DNA from: Candidatus Woesebacteria bacterium
Lineage (GTDB): Bacteria; Patescibacteriota; Microgenomatia; UBA1400; UBA1396
Reading direction: 5' to 3'
Assembly (NCBI GenBank): GCA_963749595.1
Contig: CAVVNJ010000009.1
Span: 65,380-129,379 of the forward strand
DNA: 64,000 nt
Shown one piece after another: positions 1 through 8,049 of the stretch; the stretch's first letter is position 1; each line of letters opens with the position of its first letter. Under the pieces are notes generated by a model, which saw nothing but the letters and a program-made list of their open reading frames with translations, had not been told where the DNA came from and searched no databases. The translations under genes were made by a program, and so were the position numbers.

Positions 1-444
1 GTCGACGCTCTCTATTCGCCAATCGTAAAAGTCGCTTATGACGTGGAAGAAACTCGCGTTGGCCAGCGCACGGACTATGACCGCTTAATCCTTAAAGTTT
101 GGACCAACGGTACCGTTGACGCCCGTGAGGCTCTCAATCAAGCTTCCGAAATTTTAATCGTTCACTTCCAGCAGGTAATTAATCCGGTTGATGTGGTTAA
201 AAAAGCCGAAGCGCCTTCCGTTCGTCCGGTTAATGAAGCCGCCCGGTTGACTATCGAAGAACTCGATCTCCCCACCCGGATTGCCAACGCTCTCCGCAAG
301 GGTGGCTACAACACCGTCGGTGATTTAATGAAAGCGACCCAAGCTCAGGTTTCCCTCGTGAAGAATCTCGGTGGTAAATCAGTGGGAATTGTCGCAGAAG
401 CCATGGAAAAAGTCGGCGCTAACTTCAAGGAAGAACAAGCGTAA
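1..444 (+). CDS. rpoA: DNA-directed RNA polymerase alpha subunit, C-terminal part (5' end lies outside the window)
   Basis: Frame 1 is open from nt 1 (VDALYSPIVKVAYDVEETRVGQRTDYDRLILKVWTNG...). It ends with the alpha-CTD motif LDLPTRIANALRKGGYNTVGDL. rplQ follows, as in the conserved rpoA-rplQ arrangement. Confidence 0.9.
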   Translation, partial: VDALYSPIVKVAYDVEETRVGQRTDYDRLILKVWTNGTVDAREALNQASEILIVHFQQVINPVDVVKKAEAPSVRPVNEAARLTIEELDLPTRIANALRKGGYNTVGDLMKATQAQVSLVKNLGGKSVGIVAEAMEKVGANFKEEQA

Positions 445-452
445 AGGAAATT

Positions 453-951
453 ATGCGTCACCGAGTTAAAGCCAAACACTTCAATCGCGATACTAAGGGT
501 CGGAAGGCGATGTTCAAGGAATCTGCTTTCTAATCTTTTTGAGCACGGTGCCATTGAGACTACCGAACCCAAAGCCAAAGCGATCAAGCGTTTAGCCGAT
601 AAAATTATCGGTAAAGCCATGCCTGGCACGCTTACCGCCCGCCGCATTCTGGAACGGTTTTTCGGTTCCAAGAAAGTGGTTAACCAGGTCGTCGATTCAG
701 TGGCTCCGGCCATGAAGGATCGCACTTCCGGTTTCACCCGCATTATCCATTTGGGTCGCCGCCGCGGCGATGACTCCGCGATGGTTAAAGTGGAGCTGGT
801 AAAGCCGCCCATCGTTAAAACCGCTGAGCCGGAAAAAACAGTTAAGACCGTCAAAGCCGAACCGAAAAAGGTTAAACCGGCCGCTAAAAAAGCTCCGGCC
901 AAAAAAGTCGCCGCTCCGGCCAAGGAAAAACCGGCTGCCAAGAAGAAATAA
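453..951 (+). pseudogene. rplQ: 50S ribosomal protein L17, with an apparent +1 frameshift near nt 516-519
   Basis: ATG at 453 with RBS AAAGGAAA gives MRHRVKAKHFNRDTKGRKAMFK, then a stop at 531. Frame 1 from 517 continues with the L17 consensus RNLLSNLFEHGAIETTEPKAKAIKRLADKIIGKA...GFTRIIHLGRRRGDDSAMVKVELV. One extra base in AAGGAA explains the shift. The C-terminal ~45 aa is an AKKP-rich tail. Confidence 0.85.
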
Positions 952-960
952 GCAGGATTT

Positions 961-1386
961 ATGATCAAAACGTTCATGCAAAGAAAAGAAGATGTGGTAC
1001 GCCAGTGGCATTTAATTGATGCTAAGGGTAAATTATTGGGTGATATCGCAACTCAAACGGCGGTGTGGTTGGTTGGCAAGCACAAACCGACCTTCACCCC
1101 GCACGTTGATGGCGGCGACTACGTGGTCATCATCAATGCTAAAGAAGTTGAAGTTACCGGCAACAAAGCCGAGGACAAAATGTATTACCGCCACTCTCGT
1201 TATCCCGGCGGTCTTCGCGAGGAGAGCCTGGGAACATTGCGCGAGAAATCTCCCGAGCGTTTGTTCGAAGAAGCGGTTAAAGGCATGTTGCCCAAAAACA
1301 AGCAGCAGGATCGTCGTCTCCGCCGCTTGAAGGTTTTTCCCACCGCCGAACACCCGTACGCTGATAAGTTAGGTAAGACGCAATAG
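961..1386 (+). CDS. rplM: 50S ribosomal protein L13
   Basis: 141 aa with WHLIDAKGKLLGDIATQTAVWLVGKHKPTFTPHVDGGDYVVIINA, a typical L13 N-terminus. It sits in the conserved rplM-rpsI pair. Confidence 0.95.
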   Translation: MIKTFMQRKEDVVRQWHLIDAKGKLLGDIATQTAVWLVGKHKPTFTPHVDGGDYVVIINAKEVEVTGNKAEDKMYYRHSRYPGGLREESLGTLREKSPERLFEEAVKGMLPKNKQQDRRLRRLKVFPTAEHPYADKLGKTQ

Positions 1387-1393
1387 AGGATAT

Positions 1394-1903
1394 ATGGCCA
1401 AACAATTCAAAAAAGCTCCCAAGAAGATTCAAAAAGTGGTAAAGAAGGTCGTGGCTGTCAGGGCAAAAGCGGCCGTAGCTCACGGTGGTGCCAAAATGGC
1501 TCTTCCAGCCGGTGAATTTATCGCTACCCTCGGTCGTCGCAAAACGGCTACCGCTCGCGTCCGTCTTTACAAAACCTCCGGCGACTATATCGTCAATGAC
1601 AAGCCGATGGCTCAGTATTTTTCCTCGCTCATTGGTCCGGAAGTCCGATTCTTGGAACCTTTCCGCACGACCGATACGTTGGGCAAATATGCTGTCAGTG
1701 TCAAAACTAATGGTTCTGGTTTGGCCGCTCAGCTAGATGCCGCGGTGCTGGGTATTGCCCGCGCCCTGACCAAAGTCGATGAAGGTTTTCGTCCTCTGTT
1801 GCGTGAAGCCGGCTTACTCAGCCGCGATCCACGCATGAAGGAAACACGCAAACCCAACACCGGTGGCAAAGCCCGCCGGAAGCGTCAGTCGCCTAAGCGT
1901 TAA
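1394..1903 (+). CDS. rpsI: 30S ribosomal protein S9, with a ~40-aa Lys/Ala/Val-rich N-terminal extension
   Basis: GRRKTATARVRLYKTSG core and C-terminal KARRKRQSPKR are S9 hallmarks. At 169 aa it is longer than the usual ~130 aa. Confidence 0.95.
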   Translation: MAKQFKKAPKKIQKVVKKVVAVRAKAAVAHGGAKMALPAGEFIATLGRRKTATARVRLYKTSGDYIVNDKPMAQYFSSLIGPEVRFLEPFRTTDTLGKYAVSVKTNGSGLAAQLDAAVLGIARALTKVDEGFRPLLREAGLLSRDPRMKETRKPNTGGKARRKRQSPKR

Positions 1904-1944
1904 AGATTTCTTCCTATATTTGGTAAAGTTTTCCCTTGCAAGGG

Positions 1945-1993
1945 TTGACTTTGCCATATCATGGGTTTAATATAACAATATCGTTATAGATAT
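1945..1993 (+). promoter_or_regulatory. sigma70-type promoter plus operator-like inverted repeat for the toxin-antitoxin island
   Basis: TTGACT (1945-1950), a 17-nt spacer, then TAATAT (1968-1973). The inverted repeat ATATC-N6-GATAT at 1978-1993 overlaps the expected transcription start. Confidence 0.55.
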
Positions 1994-2009
1994 ATGAAAA
2001 GAAGCAAAA

Positions 2010-2381
2010 ATGGAAGTAGAGCTCTACACGTCAGAACAAGGCAGATGCAGTGTGGAAGAATATCTTCAGAGTTTGCTCCCAAAAACGGCAAAAAGAATTA
2101 TTATGTGCTTAGAAAAGATTGAAAAATATGGATTTATGGCGTTCAAATCACTTGACACAAAAAAGATGAAAGGGCATGAGTTTAGAGAAATTAGGATCGG
2201 TTCCACTAGACTTTTTTACGTTACTCGGGGAGGAACCTTTTGGCTCCTGCACGGTTTTACAAAAAAATCGGGGCAGACCCCACTTCGAGAAATTCGGTCA
2301 ACAGAAGCCAAAATAGCCGATTTAGATTTAAGAATAATTCCAAATATGTTGAGACCAAAAAGGATGTATGAAATTAACTGA
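2010..2381 (+). CDS. type II toxin, RelE/ParE superfamily (phage Gp49-like / HigB-like)
   Basis: 123 aa. EVELYTSEQGRCSVEEYLQSL...FREIRIGSTRLFYVTRGGTFWLLHGFTKKSGQTPLREI matches the Gp49/DUF891 toxin pattern. The 3' end overlaps the next ORF by 14 nt. Confidence 0.8.
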   Translation: MEVELYTSEQGRCSVEEYLQSLLPKTAKRIIMCLEKIEKYGFMAFKSLDTKKMKGHEFREIRIGSTRLFYVTRGGTFWLLHGFTKKSGQTPLREIRSTEAKIADLDLRIIPNMLRPKRMYEIN

Positions 2382-2790
2382 TCTGAAGAAAAAACTACTT
2401 ACCAAAAAAGAATTTAGGGCTGAATTTGAAAAACACGATTTGGCTTTGGAGGTTAGTCAAAAGATTCTGGAAATCAGGATTGTCAACGGCTTAACTCAGC
2501 TTGAGTTGGCCAACCTAATTTCTACCAAGCAATCAGCCATTGCTCGTGCCGAATCTGGTAATAGTTTGCCCAGTTTGTCTTTTTTGAATAAGATAGCCTC
2601 TGTTCTTGGTACAGAATTATGCGTTGATTTTAAAAGCATTAGATCTATCCAACTCGAAAATATGACATCCAGCTTTTATGCTGGCGTAGTAGCTTTTAGA
2701 TCACCAGAAGTGCCCTATTTAAATCCCCAATCAATCTGGCCCAATACTAGTGCTTCAAATGACTCAGTTATCGAAGGAGGTATGCTGTGA
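2368..2790 (+). CDS. XRE-family HTH antitoxin (HigA-like) with a ~55-aa C-terminal extension
   Basis: The HTH core is NGLTQLELANLISTKQSAIARAESGNSLPSLSFLNKIASVLG. The extra C-terminal tail (FKSIRSIQLENMTSSFYAGVVAFRSPEVPYLNPQSIW...) has no recognisable domain. Confidence 0.75.
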   Translation: MKLTDLKKKLLTKKEFRAEFEKHDLALEVSQKILEIRIVNGLTQLELANLISTKQSAIARAESGNSLPSLSFLNKIASVLGTELCVDFKSIRSIQLENMTSSFYAGVVAFRSPEVPYLNPQSIWPNTSASNDSVIEGGML

Positions 2791-3221
2791 TTAAACACAT
2801 CTGGACAGTTCTATGTAAAAAGTCGGTTATTGATCAAGAGACTAACAATCTAAGTTTATATGAAATCTTGGAAAAAATTACTGTCGAGATTAAAGCGGAG
2901 CGTTCACCAGAAATTCAGATTCCCCTTGAGTTTGAAATTATTAGTATGTGGACAAAAATTTCCAAAAGAGATTACGTCGGTAAATTCAGGATTAATATGA
3001 TGTCTCCAGAAGGAAAAAAGTTAGGGGAAAGTATAGAGAATGAAATAAGTATCCCAGCTAATATTCCCAGACTTAGAACGCGACTAAAAATTAAAGGGAT
3101 AACATTGATTGGATCTGGTAACTATTATTTCGATATTTATTCAATTCAGGGTGAAAAAACAGAAAAAGTAGCAAGTGTGCCATTAGAAGTTGAGCTAAAA
3201 CCTGTCAAGAACGTTGAGTAG
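2787..3221 (+). CDS. hypothetical 144-aa protein, third gene of the toxin-antitoxin island
   Basis: The GTG start overlaps the antitoxin stop (GTGA). The ORF is AT-rich and its sequence looks beta-rich (IWTVLCKKSVIDQETNNLSLYEILEKITVEIK...). I recognise no family. Confidence 0.6.
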   Translation: MIKHIWTVLCKKSVIDQETNNLSLYEILEKITVEIKAERSPEIQIPLEFEIISMWTKISKRDYVGKFRINMMSPEGKKLGESIENEISIPANIPRLRTRLKIKGITLIGSGNYYFDIYSIQGEKTEKVASVPLEVELKPVKNVE

Positions 3222-3258
3222 CAAACAATATAAATTAATCTGTTACCATACTCCTTAT

Positions 3259-4842
3259 ATGGCCTGGTACCGAAAATATCGTCCCCAGCGGATCGCTGAT
3301 TTGCAGATTGTGCCCGTGCGCGAGCAACTTTTGCAGACCTTGGCCAACGGCAAAATTTCCCATGCTTACCTGTTTGCCGGACCCAAGGGCACTGGCAAGA
3401 CCTCGACTGCCCGCATTTTGGCCCGTGTTTTGAATGATCCAGCCAATGAAAAGGTGGTGCTCGGTAAAAAGGGCAAATTATCCGAGCCTGATCCGGATAG
3501 CCGGTTGTTGCAGAAAATCGCCGAGGGTCATTCGGAGGTGGTTCTGGAGCTGGACGCTGCCAGTCACCGCGGGATCGATGATGTCCGGCGCCTGCAGGAA
3601 ATGGTCTCGGTGGTGCCGACTGAGGGCTTGATTAGAGTGGTGATTCTCGATGAAGTTCACATGTTAACTAATGAAGCCTTCAATGCCCTGCTGAAGTTGC
3701 TGGAAGAACCGCCGGAACGGGTGGTTTTTATTTTGGCGACTACCGAGTTACAAAAGGTTCCCGCCACGATTCAGTCGCGTTGTGAACTGATTCCTTTCCG
3801 CCGAGCGAATAGTGAGGAAATCGGGGCGGCTTTGCAGATGGTTGCCAATGCTGAAAAGATTGATTTATCCAAGGAAATATCCCTGAGAATTGCCGAGGCG
3901 GCACAAGGTAGTTTTCGCGACGCGGTGAAGTATCTGGAGCAAGTCGCGCGCGGCGGGGCGATGGACGAAAAATTATTAGATTTGTTAACGATTGGGCAGC
4001 AGCAGATCGAACCGTTGCTGCGCGCCCTCGCCGCGCGCGATCCCAAAGAAGTCGCAAAATTGTTTCAGGAGTCCAGGCAAAAGGGTGAAAACTTTGTCGC
4101 TTTGGAGCAAGCTTTAGTTTTGGCGGTGCAGGAGCGACTACATCGGGCGATTCAGCGGGGCGAAAAGTCAACGCGCATCTTGATCGAGTTGTTATCTCAT
4201 CTGGCCCACAATCTTGGCGGTCCCGAACCAATCGATGGAATCAAGCTTGAGGTCGCCTGTCTAACTTGGTGTTTGACGGGGTTGAGGATTGATTCCTCCC
4301 CGACGTTACCCCAAGAGGAATCAATCCGGAATGATTCCTCTCGAGAAAAAGTAAGCAAGGAATCAATCCTATGCGCGTGGGAGGTGCCGAGTACGGCCAT
4401 CACCCTTGAGGAAGCCAAACAACAAGCTAAGCAAGAAAAGGCACAAGCGCCGGTGGCCGCCGTAGACTTGAGGTCGGTTGAAGAATCTGAACTAGTTTCG
4501 AGTGAGCTTGTCATTGATCGAGTTCAGCAAGCTTGGCCGCAATTATTACTCGCGGCCCGGACGAAGAGTCAGGCGCTGGAATCAATTATCAAACAGGGAC
4601 GGATTAGTGGTGTCAAGGGCGCTACCATCCAGCTTGAATTCGAACTCGGTTTTCACAAAGAACAACTGGAGACTAAAAGATACCACGCCGTTTTTCTGGA
4701 GTTATTGGCCGAGAGTTTTGGCCGCGGCGTAACTTTTGCGGCGACGGTTCTGCCTCCAGCGGTGGTGTCGGTCATTAATTCCGATCAGAGTCAGGACTCG
4801 CTGGTTCAAGCTGTCGAGGCGGCCGTTTTATCTCTCGGGTAA
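3259..4842 (+). CDS. dnaX: DNA polymerase III subunit gamma/tau
   Basis: MAWYRKYRPQRIADL start, Walker A GPKGTGKTSTARILA, and the LDEVHMLT and SRC (TIQSRC) motifs. I prefer the ATG at 3259 over the upstream TTG at 3214. Confidence 0.9.
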   Translation: MAWYRKYRPQRIADLQIVPVREQLLQTLANGKISHAYLFAGPKGTGKTSTARILARVLNDPANEKVVLGKKGKLSEPDPDSRLLQKIAEGHSEVVLELDAASHRGIDDVRRLQEMVSVVPTEGLIRVVILDEVHMLTNEAFNALLKLLEEPPERVVFILATTELQKVPATIQSRCELIPFRRANSEEIGAALQMVANAEKIDLSKEISLRIAEAAQGSFRDAVKYLEQVARGGAMDEKLLDLLTIGQQQIEPLLRALAARDPKEVAKLFQESRQKGENFVALEQALVLAVQERLHRAIQRGEKSTRILIELLSHLAHNLGGPEPIDGIKLEVACLTWCLTGLRIDSSPTLPQEESIRNDSSREKVSKESILCAWEVPSTAITLEEAKQQAKQEKAQAPVAAVDLRSVEESELVSSELVIDRVQQAWPQLLLAARTKSQALESIIKQGRISGVKGATIQLEFELGFHKEQLETKRYHAVFLELLAESFGRGVTFAATVLPPAVVSVINSDQSQDSLVQAVEAAVLSLG

Positions 4843-4886
4843 ATGTGGTACAGTTGGCGGTAGTGAAATAGGACAGGAAAGGAATT

Positions 4887-5168
4887 ATGAACAACCCCCT
4901 CAAAGCGCTCGGCGACTTAAATCAACTTCGTTCCCAGGCGATGGCGATGCAGAAAGCCTTGGCCCAGCAGCAAATCGTGATCGAAGAAGGCGATGTAAAG
5001 GTCGTGATTACCGGTGATCAACGGATCGTGGAGTTTAGCGTTCAGGGCGTCACTTCCGACGTGGCTGTCACCGCGCTCAACAAAGCCATTAAGAAATCCC
5101 AAGAGATGGCGGCGGCCAAGCTGCAGGAAATGACCGGCGGATTGGGCGGCATGCTGGGCGGACGATAA
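4887..5168 (+). CDS. ybaB: YbaB/EbfC family nucleoid-associated protein
   Basis: 93 aa in the conserved dnaX-ybaB-recR context. VVITGDQRIVEFSV is a typical YbaB core. Confidence 0.85.
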   Translation: MNNPLKALGDLNQLRSQAMAMQKALAQQQIVIEEGDVKVVITGDQRIVEFSVQGVTSDVAVTALNKAIKKSQEMAAAKLQEMTGGLGGMLGGR

Positions 5169-5179
5169 GCTACAAGGAA

Positions 5180-5217
5180 GCGGGGATTTTCCTCTTCGAG
5201 GAAAATCCCCTTTAACG
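5180..5217. repeat. hairpin/palindrome element, copy A (family shared with the recA upstream region)
   Basis: GCGGGGATTTTCCTC-TTC-GAGGAAAATCCCCTTTAACG forms a perfect 13-bp stem with a 3-nt loop. It ends 2 nt before the recR ATG. Two related copies lie at 53388-53467. Confidence 0.7.
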
Positions 5218-5218
5218 T

Positions 5219-5824
5219 ATGAAACTTCCCCGGTCCGTGCGCGCGGTGACGGAGCATTTTGAGCGTCTACCTGGTATTGGACCCAAGACGGCGCAACGGT
5301 TGGCGCTGTATCTGCTGCACGTGCCCGATCACGTTTTAGCCGAGTTCGCCAACTCCTTGACCAGCCTCAAACCGAACACTCGTTTTTGTGCCCAATGCCA
5401 CTTGATTGGCGAAGCGGAGACTTGCGCGATCTGTGCCGATGACAGCCGGGAAAAGTCGACCATCTGCGTGGTGGAGCAGCCGCTGGACGCGATCGCCCTG
5501 GAACAGGCAGGCAAGTACCACGCCCTTTATCACGTGTTGCATGGGGTGATTTCGCCGTTGGATAACATTGGTCCCGATCAATTGTACTTGCGTGATCTGC
5601 TGACTCGTTTAGACGGTGTAGACGAGGTAATTTTGGCCACCAACGCCACGATGGAGGGCGAGGCCACGGCGCTTTATCTTGAACGGTTGCTGCGCGACTC
5701 CGGTTATGACTCGCAGCGGCTGAAAGTCACACGCATAGGCCACGGTCTGCCGATCGGGGCGAACATTGAGTTTGCAGATGGAATTACCCTCGCTCGGGCA
5801 CTCGAAGGTCGGCGGGTGATGTAG
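5219..5824 (+). CDS. recR: recombination protein RecR
   Basis: LPGIGPKTAQRLALYLL helix-hairpin-helix, a C4 zinc motif (CAQC...CAIC) and a Toprim region. Confidence 0.95.
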   Translation: MKLPRSVRAVTEHFERLPGIGPKTAQRLALYLLHVPDHVLAEFANSLTSLKPNTRFCAQCHLIGEAETCAICADDSREKSTICVVEQPLDAIALEQAGKYHALYHVLHGVISPLDNIGPDQLYLRDLLTRLDGVDEVILATNATMEGEATALYLERLLRDSGYDSQRLKVTRIGHGLPIGANIEFADGITLARALEGRRVM

Positions 5825-6428
5825 CGATCGGTTTTTGACCGGTTACCAAACCCATTTCGGCGTTTCCATCCGAATATTTAAAGTCCTGGGTTACTAGATT
5901 TACCCGATGGAAGCCGATTTTGTCGGCTAATTTTGACCAGACAGCTGCATTAAATTGACTTTTTTGGTAATCAAAGTTATTCGATTTTATATCGGCGATA
6001 AAAAAGCTGGTGCCTGGTCTTAGAACCCGGAGAATCTCAGTCAGCAAGATTCCAGCCTGTTCATAGCCTAAATAACGGGCCAGAAAAAAAGAAACCACCA
6101 AGTCCGCACTGTCTGCTGCCAGTGGGAGTGGTCGATTAAGATCGGCAACGGTTCGTAACCGCGCGGGGTTCAGCGAGAGCATGCGGGGCGATAGATCAAG
6201 GGCCAGGGTATGACAGTCTAAAGATTTTCCCAAATAGGCCTGGTTATTGGCCCCTGCGCCCAAATTGGCGACCAGTGGTGAACTCGGCAATTTGTTCAGC
6301 AGTGGCGTTAGTCCGCGAGTAATAAAGCGAAAGATTGGTTCTTTTAGCTCGCCAAACAAACCGGAGTGATTGCGCCAGTACGGTGCCTCGTCATTCCAAA
6401 AAAGCTGTTCCCGTTTAAGCGATGACAT
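5784..6428 (-). CDS. class I SAM-dependent methyltransferase
   Basis: Motif I-like VANLGAGANN plus LDLSPRML and DLVVSFFLARYL. The 3' end overlaps the recR 3' end convergently by 41 nt. Confidence 0.6.
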   Translation of the reverse strand: MSSLKREQLFWNDEAPYWRNHSGLFGELKEPIFRFITRGLTPLLNKLPSSPLVANLGAGANNQAYLGKSLDCHTLALDLSPRMLSLNPARLRTVADLNRPLPLAADSADLVVSFFLARYLGYEQAGILLTEILRVLRPGTSFFIADIKSNNFDYQKSQFNAAVWSKLADKIGFHRVNLVTQDFKYSDGNAEMGLVTGQKPIATSPADLRVPERG

Positions 6429-6453
6429 CAGGGTATTATAAACCCCAGGCTTA

Positions 6454-6765
6454 CTAATAGCGGACTGCGGGCTTAGCGGATGGGGACGGGGAAACAGTTG
6501 GCTGACCCATCATCAGTTTTTCATCTTGCCTTTGCCGAAATTCAATCAGCTGCCGGGCGTCATCGACCTGTTTATAGTAGGCCATCATCGCCAATATCGC
6601 GAACAAGAGGAAGAAGATTGCCAACCAAAACAGCGTGTTTTCCGAGATTGCCGGTTTTTTGGCCGCCGACCGCCGGACAGTCCTCACCTCCGGCATTGAC
6701 ATCGGCTCCATTACTATGTTCTTTTTTGCTGGTCGACCGCGCTTTTTTGTGGTACGGGCAGCCAT
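6454..6765 (-). CDS. small single-pass membrane protein, last gene of the pilus operon
   Basis: 103 aa with a basic N-terminus and one hydrophobic helix (LFWLAIFFLLFAILAMMAY). It starts 4 nt after the pilin gene stop. Confidence 0.45.
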   Translation of the reverse strand: MAARTTKKRGRPAKKNIVMEPMSMPEVRTVRRSAAKKPAISENTLFWLAIFFLLFAILAMMAYYKQVDDARQLIEFRQRQDEKLMMGQPTVSPSPSAKPAVRY

Positions 6766-6768
6766 AAT

Positions 6769-7230
6769 TTACCTCACCACGCTGATGCTGACGCCTAGTT
6801 CGGCCGCCGGAGCGGTTAAGGTGATGCGGTTATCGCTGGCGCTGCGGACGACCGTGTAGTTGGTGTCATAAGCCGCGGCGCAATCGGTGACCGGAGTGCC
6901 GTTGTTAGTGAGTGGGTCCACCGGAAGAGCGGCGATGTACTGGGGAACGAGGTCAGCACAAAGATCAACTGCACCTGAGCTGATGTTTAGAACGTTAGTG
7001 GTGATGGCCCCGGCACCGGGAAGCGTTCCCTTGTTGTCAGCGGCATACTGGTGAATGGCGTTTAGCAAAGCGTTAACATCACTGCTGCGCTTGGTATTAT
7101 TGGCCTGCGAGAATTGGCGTGCCGGGTTGATGGCGATCAAGACGATGGCCAACAAGACGGCTAAAACGCCGACCACGACCAGCAGCTCAATCAGAGTAAA
7201 ACCACGTTGGAGATAGTTTAGTTTCTTCAT
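6769..7230 (-). CDS. type IV pilin (candidate major pilin)
   Basis: Class III signal / N-methylation motif MKKLNYLQRG|FTLIELLVVVGVLAVLLAIV, followed by a ~120-aa globular part. Confidence 0.85.
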   Translation of the reverse strand: MKKLNYLQRGFTLIELLVVVGVLAVLLAIVLIAINPARQFSQANNTKRSSDVNALLNAIHQYAADNKGTLPGAGAITTNVLNISSGAVDLCADLVPQYIAALPVDPLTNNGTPVTDCAAAYDTNYTVVRSASDNRITLTAPAAELGVSISVVR

Positions 7231-7263
7231 ATCTCTTAATATTGAGGCAATTAAAAACGAGTG

Positions 7264-8049
7264 TCAAGGGGAAAAGTTGCCCGAAACCGTGGCGCCTGGT
7301 GTAGTCGTTGGAATGGCTGGGGCCAGAGTGGCGGCAACTGGCGGCCGAGGGCTAGGAGTGCTCTTTCTAACCTGCTGCTGCTGTTGAGTCAGAATGAAAA
7401 AAGTTAAACCAATTACCAAAATGATGAAGCCTAAAAAGATGGCTAAGATCAGCGGGGTGTGCTTCTTGGCCAGTGCTTCCTCCTGCTCCTGTAGGGTTCG
7501 GGTGGGTTGGCGAATCTGGGCCAGACTAAATCCTTTTAACTCATCGGCCCGACGAATCAGCGTCTTAACAGCGGCGGAATCAAAATTTTTGATCCCCAGC
7601 AAGCTCAGAACTGAGATTGGCACGACCGCCAAGGTTGGAAATCCGGCGGCCTCAAAGGGATCGCGAATGGCTTCAAACGTCGTTCGGTTTAAGGCGACGG
7701 TGGTCAATCCGCTCCGGGCAGGATAATTTCTGGCCAAAACCCGTTCAAAAGGCACGGTTTCAATGAATTCTTTGGCTTGTTGCTCGTTAACTTCCGGTGC
7801 CGGATCGGAAAAGGCCTTGGAAAAGTAGGTGTTTTCCGAATAAATTTGAATCAGCGGGCTCGGCGTAAGTTTTTGGCTCTGGATTAATTGGTCGATTATT
7901 TTGGCTAGAGATTCCCGGGAGATCACTTCGTAGTCACGAATAATGGTGTCCGGTAAGTCGATCGCCAAGGCCTGGCCATTGGCCGCGTAGTAATACAGTT
8001 TGCGGGCGTCAACGAGGATTATGGCTGGTGAAAGATTAGTTGTTGCCAT
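7264..8049 (-). CDS. pilus-operon membrane protein (possible PilM/N/O-type assembly component)
   Basis: 261 aa. A cytoplasmic N-domain is followed by one TM helix (LILAIFLGFIILVIGLTFFIL) and a Pro-rich tail. The assignment rests on operon position only. Confidence 0.35.
   Translation of the reverse strand: MATTNLSPAIILVDARKLYYYAANGQALAIDLPDTIIRDYEVISRESLAKIIDQLIQSQKLTPSPLIQIYSENTYFSKAFSDPAPEVNEQQAKEFIETVPFERVLARNYPARSGLTTVALNRTTFEAIRDPFEAAGFPTLAVVPISVLSLLGIKNFDSAAVKTLIRRADELKGFSLAQIRQPTRTLQEQEEALAKKHTPLILAIFLGFIILVIGLTFFILTQQQQQVRKSTPSPRPPVAATLAPAIPTTTPGATVSGNFSP

Noticed and set aside
345-1353. Minus-strand ORFs opposite rpoA, rplQ and rplM (345-977, 697-1011, 1033-1353)
   Set aside because: They are antisense to highly conserved ribosomal and RNAP genes and have no motifs.
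1933-1944. CCCTTGCAAGGG palindrome after rpsI as an intrinsic terminator
   Set aside because: The stem is only 4-5 bp with a minimal loop and no proper U-tract. It was noted but is not strong enough to annotate.
2787-3221. Calling the third island gene a SecB-like chaperone
   Set aside because: Only its size and gene order resemble TAC systems. I see no SecB sequence similarity, so it is left as hypothetical and the idea is kept as a hypothesis only.
3214-3258. Longer N-terminal extensions suggested by the ORF track (dnaX TTG 3214; M20 GTG 25427; class IV aminotransferase ATG 28473; GT4 GTG 40002; 54238 ATG)
   Set aside because: In each case a downstream start aligns with the conserved protein N-terminus and has an RBS or promoter. 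The extension would run through a tRNA, a terminator hairpin or the end of the preceding gene.
5784-5824. The 41-nt convergent overlap of the recR and methyltransferase 3' ends as a regulatory antisense arrangement
   Set aside because: This is plausibly just compact gene packing, or a slightly over-extended C-terminus. No structure or motif is seen in the overlap.
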